A DNA stretch of 20,000 nucleotides, from the IMG/VR virus record IMGVR_UViG_3300026549_002379; one strand, written 5' to 3'. The notes under the pieces were generated by a model. That model saw only the letters and a program-made list of their open reading frames with translations. It did not search any database and had not been told where the DNA came from. Below are positions 15,565 to 20,000 of the stretch, piece by piece. The DNA is from an uncultured virus (IMG/VR IMGVR_UViG_3300026549_002379). Taxonomy: Duplodnaviria > Heunggongvirae > Uroviricota > Caudoviricetes. Within the stretch, counting starts at the first letter, position 1. Each line of letters begins with the position of its first letter. Position numbers and translations under genes: made by a program.

Positions 15565-15777
15565 CTATCTGTCATGCTTGCGCAGGAGCCGGCGCACCGT
15601 CGACGTCGAAAGGCCGACGTTCGCCGCGATGTCCTCTATCGAGTACCCCTGGTCAAGCATATCCTCTATCTGCGGCCATGCAGCATCGCTTGTGGACGGA
15701 CGTCCCGGAAGACGCCCGTGGGCACGCGCGCGTTCCATGCCCTCGCGAATTGCGTCAGACCTGCTCTTCTTGCCCAT
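15565..15777 (-). CDS. Stand-alone resolvase/invertase-type HTH protein (70 aa)
   Basis: SDAIREGMERARAHGRLPGRP...GYSIEDIAANVGLSTSTVRRLL matches the end of serine-recombinase helix E, the GRP arm and the HTH. No catalytic domain upstream. Confidence 0.75.
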   Translation of the reverse strand: MGKKSRSDAIREGMERARAHGRLPGRPSTSDAAWPQIEDMLDQGYSIEDIAANVGLSTSTVRRLLRKHDR

Positions 15778-15784
15778 CGGCAGC

Positions 15785-16027
15785 TCACACGAACAGACCG
15801 ACAAGCGACGTCACGCACCAGGACACCGCCCAGCATGTGATGCCAAGCCCCGCCGTGAACACGACGAACTCCAGCGTGGACGTCACGACGCGCTTCGGAC
15901 GTGCCCACACGACATGCATGCCATCTGCTCTCTTGCCGGAGAAGACCCGCATGAGCCTCTGACTGTTCTCGCGAGCCTCCCGTGCCTTCTCGGCACTGTC
16001 GTCACGCTTCCTCTGTGTCAACGCCAT
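15785..16027 (-). CDS. secE: Divergent single-TM SecE-like subunit
   Basis: HVVWARPKRVVTSTLEFVVFTAGLGITCWAVSW aligns with the SecE hinge and TM (KVTWPxxxE...T...V). 80 aa, strong RBS AAGGAGGT, 1 bp after the secY stop. Confidence 0.68.
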   Translation of the reverse strand: MALTQRKRDDSAEKAREARENSQRLMRVFSGKRADGMHVVWARPKRVVTSTLEFVVFTAGLGITCWAVSWCVTSLVGLFV

Positions 16028-16028
16028 A

Positions 16029-17333
16029 TCAGGCCACCTCCTTCGTTCCGAAAAGATTGTACTTCCTGCTGCGATGGCGCGTCATACCGACGTATGCCAT
16101 ACGCGTCTGCCAGAACGCACCGACCATGATGACCATGGACGTGCCCGCGAACTGGACACCGGTGATGCCAAGCAGACTCAACGCCAGGTCAGGCAGGACC
16201 GCCACGGCCACAAGCATCAGAGCACTGATGATGGCCAGCTTGCGGCGGCGCTTCTCCAGATAGACCTCCGTATCGTGACCAGGAGCCACGCCGACGATGA
16301 CGTCACCACGCTCACGCATGCGGTTCGCGACCTCCGCCGACGAGAACGTCAGACGGGACGCGAAGAACGAGAATCCGACGACGAACAGCACGTACACAGC
16401 CAGAGAAACCCAGCCCTGCCAGGTGCCGCTGTACATGACATACGTCTGCGTATAGGCACTCAACTTGCCGAACCAGCTGTCAGCCGACAGGCCAAGCGTG
16501 ACGACCAGGCTGGGCATCATGAACAGCGCCGAGGCGTACACGATAGGAAGGACGCTCGAGATGCCAAGCGGCATAGGAAGCGTGCCCTCCGCGTTCATGA
16601 CGCTCAGGGGCTTACGCGTCTGCTGAATCGGAACCTCGAGACGGCTTTCCTGCATGATGACCGCAACAACGACGGCCACCAGCACGATGACGACGCCCCA
16701 GCCAAGACCCTGTGCGGCCGACCAGTTGGTGCTCACCATCTGACCGGGCAGAGCCGTGGCGATGTTTGCGGCAAGGATTGCCGTGGGACCGTTGCCAAGG
16801 CCGTGGTCCTGCACACGCTGTGCCAGCACGGCAACGACGAGGGTGCCGAGAAACCACTCTGCGACGGGAATGACGGCCATCCAGCCGACATCCTTGTACA
16901 GCAGGGAGGAATGCGACGTGGCCATAATGGCAATGCCCATGACCAGCGTAATCATGCATGCCAGACCCATCGAGAGCTGCTCGTAGCGCCTGCGTCCCAT
17001 CTCGCCCAGACGGCGAATCTCCTCGAAGCGCGGGAACGCGATGCTAATCAGCTGCATCAGGATGCCCGCCATGATGATACTCGTGACGGCGAAGCCACCG
17101 ACCGCAAGCTGCGACAGGCCTCCGCCCGACAGGGCATCCGTGAAGTTCAGAATGCTCGCACTGCCAAGCAGCGACTTGACAATCGACGCATTCACCCCGT
17201 ACACGGGGATATGGCTCAGGACGAGCGACGCCAGCACGACGAATGCCGTGTACGCCACGCGACGGCGAACGCTTGCGTCGCGCCGTGCGTTGACCAGTGC
17301 CACCGCGCCCATCTTCTTTCTCTTGTCTCTCAT
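16029..17333 (-). CDS. secY: Preprotein translocase SecY, divergent accessory paralogue
   Basis: About 10 TM segments. SHIPVYGVN, LSGGGLSQ, GEMGRRR, HGLGNG, VLPIVYASA, GVAPGHDTEVYL and FAGTSMVIMVG are all recognisable SecY blocks. Confidence 0.92.
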   Translation of the reverse strand: MRDKRKKMGAVALVNARRDASVRRRVAYTAFVVLASLVLSHIPVYGVNASIVKSLLGSASILNFTDALSGGGLSQLAVGGFAVTSIIMAGILMQLISIAFPRFEEIRRLGEMGRRRYEQLSMGLACMITLVMGIAIMATSHSSLLYKDVGWMAVIPVAEWFLGTLVVAVLAQRVQDHGLGNGPTAILAANIATALPGQMVSTNWSAAQGLGWGVVIVLVAVVVAVIMQESRLEVPIQQTRKPLSVMNAEGTLPMPLGISSVLPIVYASALFMMPSLVVTLGLSADSWFGKLSAYTQTYVMYSGTWQGWVSLAVYVLFVVGFSFFASRLTFSSAEVANRMRERGDVIVGVAPGHDTEVYLEKRRRKLAIISALMLVAVAVLPDLALSLLGITGVQFAGTSMVIMVGAFWQTRMAYVGMTRHRSRKYNLFGTKEVA

Positions 17334-17336
17334 ATC

Positions 17337-19781
17337 TTATACCACCATGTCCTTTCCGCTCTTGAGCTTGACGTCCATGCCATCGACGGTCGTCTCTGCC
17401 TTACGGTCAGGACGCTGTGCGAAGAACGTGAACACTGCCGCCGCATAGACCATGTCGAGCATGCGCCCGTACAGGTCATAGGCCTCGATGCCATAGGCAG
17501 CCTTCGGGTCCATCTGGCCATAGCCGGAGTATCCGACCGCGTTGCGGCAGAACTCCAGGGCACGGAGCTGCTCAGCCCATGCCGAGTCAATCGCGACGAG
17601 AAGGCAGCGACGCGTGTACGACTTCCTGATGTCGTCATCCGTGAACTCCATGGCCTTCGCGGCCTTCTCGGCCTCAAGCACCAGCATGTCGTCCGCGCCA
17701 TTGTAAAGCCTGCCCTTCTCATCGCAGAGCCTATGCTCAAACTTAATGCCGGTCAGCGCCTCGAAGGCACCGCCAAGCTCGTCAGGCTTCACAGTACGGG
17801 CGATGTGCTTGATGGCATGAGCCATGGCATAGCGCATTTGCTCCGTGACGTCCTCCTTCGCAAGGATGGCCCTGCGCTCCGCATAGATGCGCTCACGCTG
17901 AGCGTCATTAATATCATCGTATGCAAGCGTATCCCGACGCATCGCCCAGTTGTCCAGGGCGACGCGCTTCTGAACCGTGCGAATCGCACGCATGACGCTA
18001 CGAAGCACCACGCGTCCGGTCTCGTCCGTGGCTCCCGCCATCCGGACGCCCTTCGCAAAACGCTGCGCCCCGTAGAGACGCATGACGCGGTCTTCCATCG
18101 AGATATAGAAAGCGCTGGTGCCAGGGTCTCCCTGACGCCCGGAACGACCGCGGAGCTGATTGTCGATACGCTCGTCCTCGTGCTTCTCACAACCGATAAC
18201 CAGAAGGCCACCGGCCTTGCGTGCCTCGTCGTCCAGGACGATGTCGGTACCACGACCGGCCATGTTCGTGGCCACTGTCACCGTGCCGTGAATGCCGGCC
18301 TTCGCGACCACCTCCGCCTCGTGCTCGTCCTGCTTTGCTGACAGGACCTGATGCTCGATGCCGGCACGCCGCAGGTATCCGGAGACGACCTCCGACTCCT
18401 CGACGGACGCCGTGCCCACCAGCACGGGGCGGCCCTTCTCCAGAGCCTCCTGGATACGCTTGACGACGGCCTCGTGCTTATGAGCAGCCGTATCGTAGAG
18501 ACGGTCGGGCTCATCGACGCGAATCATCGGACGGTTCGTCGGAATGACGCGCACGCGAAGCCTGTAGGTATCCCAAAGCTCGGAATGCTCCGTCCATGCC
18601 GTACCGGTCATACCGGAGAGCACCTCGTACTTGCGGAAGAAGTTCTGGTAGGACGTGGTCCCTATCGTCTCGTTCACCGAAGACACGGCCACGTGCTCCT
18701 TCGCCTCGATGGCCTGGTGCAGACCGTCGGAATACTGACGGCCCTCCATGGTACGGCCCGTGTTCTGGTCGACCAGAAGCACCTTGCCGCCACGAACGAT
18801 ATAGTCCTTGTCCCTGCGGAACAGGGCGTGCGCCTGCAACGACTGCTCCACGGCATGCTGAATAGAACGATTCTTCGCGTCGGCGTAGTTCTCGATGCCG
18901 AGTGCTGCCTCGATTTTGGCGATGCCCTGCGACGTCAGGATGACGTTGCGCTCACGCTCATGCACGATGTAATCACCCGTCTCGACGCGCTCGACGCCAA
19001 TCATGGCCTCCGCGCGGTTGAACGGACGGGACTCAGTGCCCTTCTCGAGCTTCGACACCACGGCGTCGATGCGCTCGCAGAGCAGGGACACGTCCTTGCC
19101 CATGCCGGAGATAATCAGCGGCGTCTTCGCCTCGTCAATCAGAATCGAATCCGCCTCATCGACGATGGCGTACACAAGGCCCCTCTGCACCATCTGCCTG
19201 GCATCGACGACCATGTTGTCACGCAGCCAGTCGAAGCCGAGCTCCGTGTTCGACACGTACGTGATATCGCACGCATAGGCGTCGCGACGCGTCACGTTGC
19301 CCATGCCGGGCAGCACGCATCCGACCGTGAGCCCCAGGAAACGGGCAATCGACCCGATGTTCTCCGAGTCACGCTCGGCCAGGTAAGGGTTCACCGTGAC
19401 GACATGGGAACCGCGCCCCGTCAGGGCATGAAGAATGCTCGGCATGGCCGCCATAAGGCTCTTGCCCTCGCCGGTCTTCGCCTCCGCAATGGCGCCCTCG
19501 TGCAGCGCGACGGCACCGATAATCTGCACGTCATACGGACTGAGTCCGATGGCGCGCTTCGCAGCCACGCACACCGTGGCGTAAACGTCCACGAGCTCCA
19601 AATCGAGGGCCTTCCCCTCGTCGGACGCGGACTTGATTCTATCGGCAGATGCCTGGATGCGCGCACGGAGCTCGTCGTCGCCGAGGTCCGACATCTCGTC
19701 CCTCTTCGAAGCGACCCTCTCGGCAATCTTCCGTGCATGCGCGAGCCAGGCTGTCTGCCTATTGACCTTCATCATAGGCAT
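17337..19781 (-). CDS. secA: Preprotein translocase ATPase SecA, accessory paralogue (~814 aa)
   Basis: AEAKTGEGKS, HVVTVNPYLAERD, IVDEADSILIDEAKTPLIISG, GLHQAIEAKE, GMTGTA, ATNMAGRGTDI, RIDNQLRGRSGRQGDPG. RBS GAGGAG before ATG 19781. No C-terminal Cys-rich Zn motif. Confidence 0.97.
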   Translation of the reverse strand: MPMMKVNRQTAWLAHARKIAERVASKRDEMSDLGDDELRARIQASADRIKSASDEGKALDLELVDVYATVCVAAKRAIGLSPYDVQIIGAVALHEGAIAEAKTGEGKSLMAAMPSILHALTGRGSHVVTVNPYLAERDSENIGSIARFLGLTVGCVLPGMGNVTRRDAYACDITYVSNTELGFDWLRDNMVVDARQMVQRGLVYAIVDEADSILIDEAKTPLIISGMGKDVSLLCERIDAVVSKLEKGTESRPFNRAEAMIGVERVETGDYIVHERERNVILTSQGIAKIEAALGIENYADAKNRSIQHAVEQSLQAHALFRRDKDYIVRGGKVLLVDQNTGRTMEGRQYSDGLHQAIEAKEHVAVSSVNETIGTTSYQNFFRKYEVLSGMTGTAWTEHSELWDTYRLRVRVIPTNRPMIRVDEPDRLYDTAAHKHEAVVKRIQEALEKGRPVLVGTASVEESEVVSGYLRRAGIEHQVLSAKQDEHEAEVVAKAGIHGTVTVATNMAGRGTDIVLDDEARKAGGLLVIGCEKHEDERIDNQLRGRSGRQGDPGTSAFYISMEDRVMRLYGAQRFAKGVRMAGATDETGRVVLRSVMRAIRTVQKRVALDNWAMRRDTLAYDDINDAQRERIYAERRAILAKEDVTEQMRYAMAHAIKHIARTVKPDELGGAFEALTGIKFEHRLCDEKGRLYNGADDMLVLEAEKAAKAMEFTDDDIRKSYTRRCLLVAIDSAWAEQLRALEFCRNAVGYSGYGQMDPKAAYGIEAYDLYGRMLDMVYAAAVFTFFAQRPDRKAETTVDGMDVKLKSGKDMVV

Positions 19782-19823
19782 GTATCTCCTCTCTTGGTTC
19801 GTCAAAACAACCTTTATGCAATG

Positions 19824-19852
19824 ATTTTAACATCTTTTTGGAGCGATTGCAA
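19824..19852 (-). promoter_or_regulatory. Sigma70 promoter of the secA-secY-secE-HTH operon
   Basis: TTGCAA (19852-19847), 17 bp, TAAAAT (19829-19824), with a TGn extension. Confidence 0.7.
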
Positions 19853-19881
19853 CAGTAATCCCCTCATTTATGACAAAAAAA

Positions 19882-19890
19882 TGTTATAAT
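19882..19890 (+). promoter_or_regulatory. Extended -10 promoter divergent from secA
   Basis: Perfect TGtTATAAT at 19882-19890 in an AT-rich context. No clear -35. Confidence 0.55.
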
Positions 19891-20000
19891 AGGTGTATCG
19901 TACCGAAACACCATGGCCACCCCTTTAGCATACCTTACACGCATGACCCTTGGATGCCGGTGGCATCCCGGATGATGGCGTGAAGGTAGCTGGAAGGGTT

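Larger units (their letters stand above)
1..20000. mobile_element. Segment of a large plasmid or ICE backbone
   Basis: TopoIII-like gene, solitary ssb (no rpsF/rpsR), ParM module with centromere-like repeats, RHH proteins and a sortase/adhesin pair. No element boundary, rep, relaxase or integrase is visible. Confidence 0.75.

Noticed and set aside
15785..19781. Canonical streptococcal/staphylococcal SecA2/SecY2 locus, or housekeeping sec genes
   Set aside because: No asp or gtf genes or serine-rich-repeat protein in view, and no rplO/adk, nusG or prfB neighbours. SecY is strongly diverged.
16074..19889. Long plus-strand ORFs (755 aa and 512 aa) opposite secY/secA
   Set aside because: Antisense shadows; the minus-strand frames carry all conserved motifs.
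19891..20000. SRP (4.5S) RNA next to secA
   Set aside because: The conserved domain IV CAGG...GNRA...AGCA pattern is absent from the visible hairpin.

Overview
High-GC window, most likely from an Actinomycetota host, possibly Coriobacteriia (inferred from GC and protein style only). It reads as the backbone of a large plasmid or ICE. It carries a type IA topoisomerase (TopoIII-like, missed by the ORF track), two ribbon-helix-helix proteins, SSB, and an actin-like ParM partition module with an upstream adaptor gene and a phased 11-bp repeat array. It also carries a class B sortase next to a ~2,220-aa surface adhesin with Cna-B-like domains, six VaFE/T-Q ester domains and an LQTG anchor. The main result is a compact secA-secY-secE operon with its own promoter and terminator, ending in a stand-alone resolvase-type HTH gene. 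It matches neither the housekeeping sec loci nor the streptococcal/staphylococcal SecA2/SecY2-Asp-Gtf system, so it looks like a mobile-element-encoded private Sec translocon. Other leads are a membrane-anchored HNH nuclease coupled to the partition operon, two structured intergenic regions sharing a GGATG-N7-CATCC-C-GGATGA motif, and a possible divergent thioester tip in the adhesin. All calls come from manual motif reading; no searches were run.
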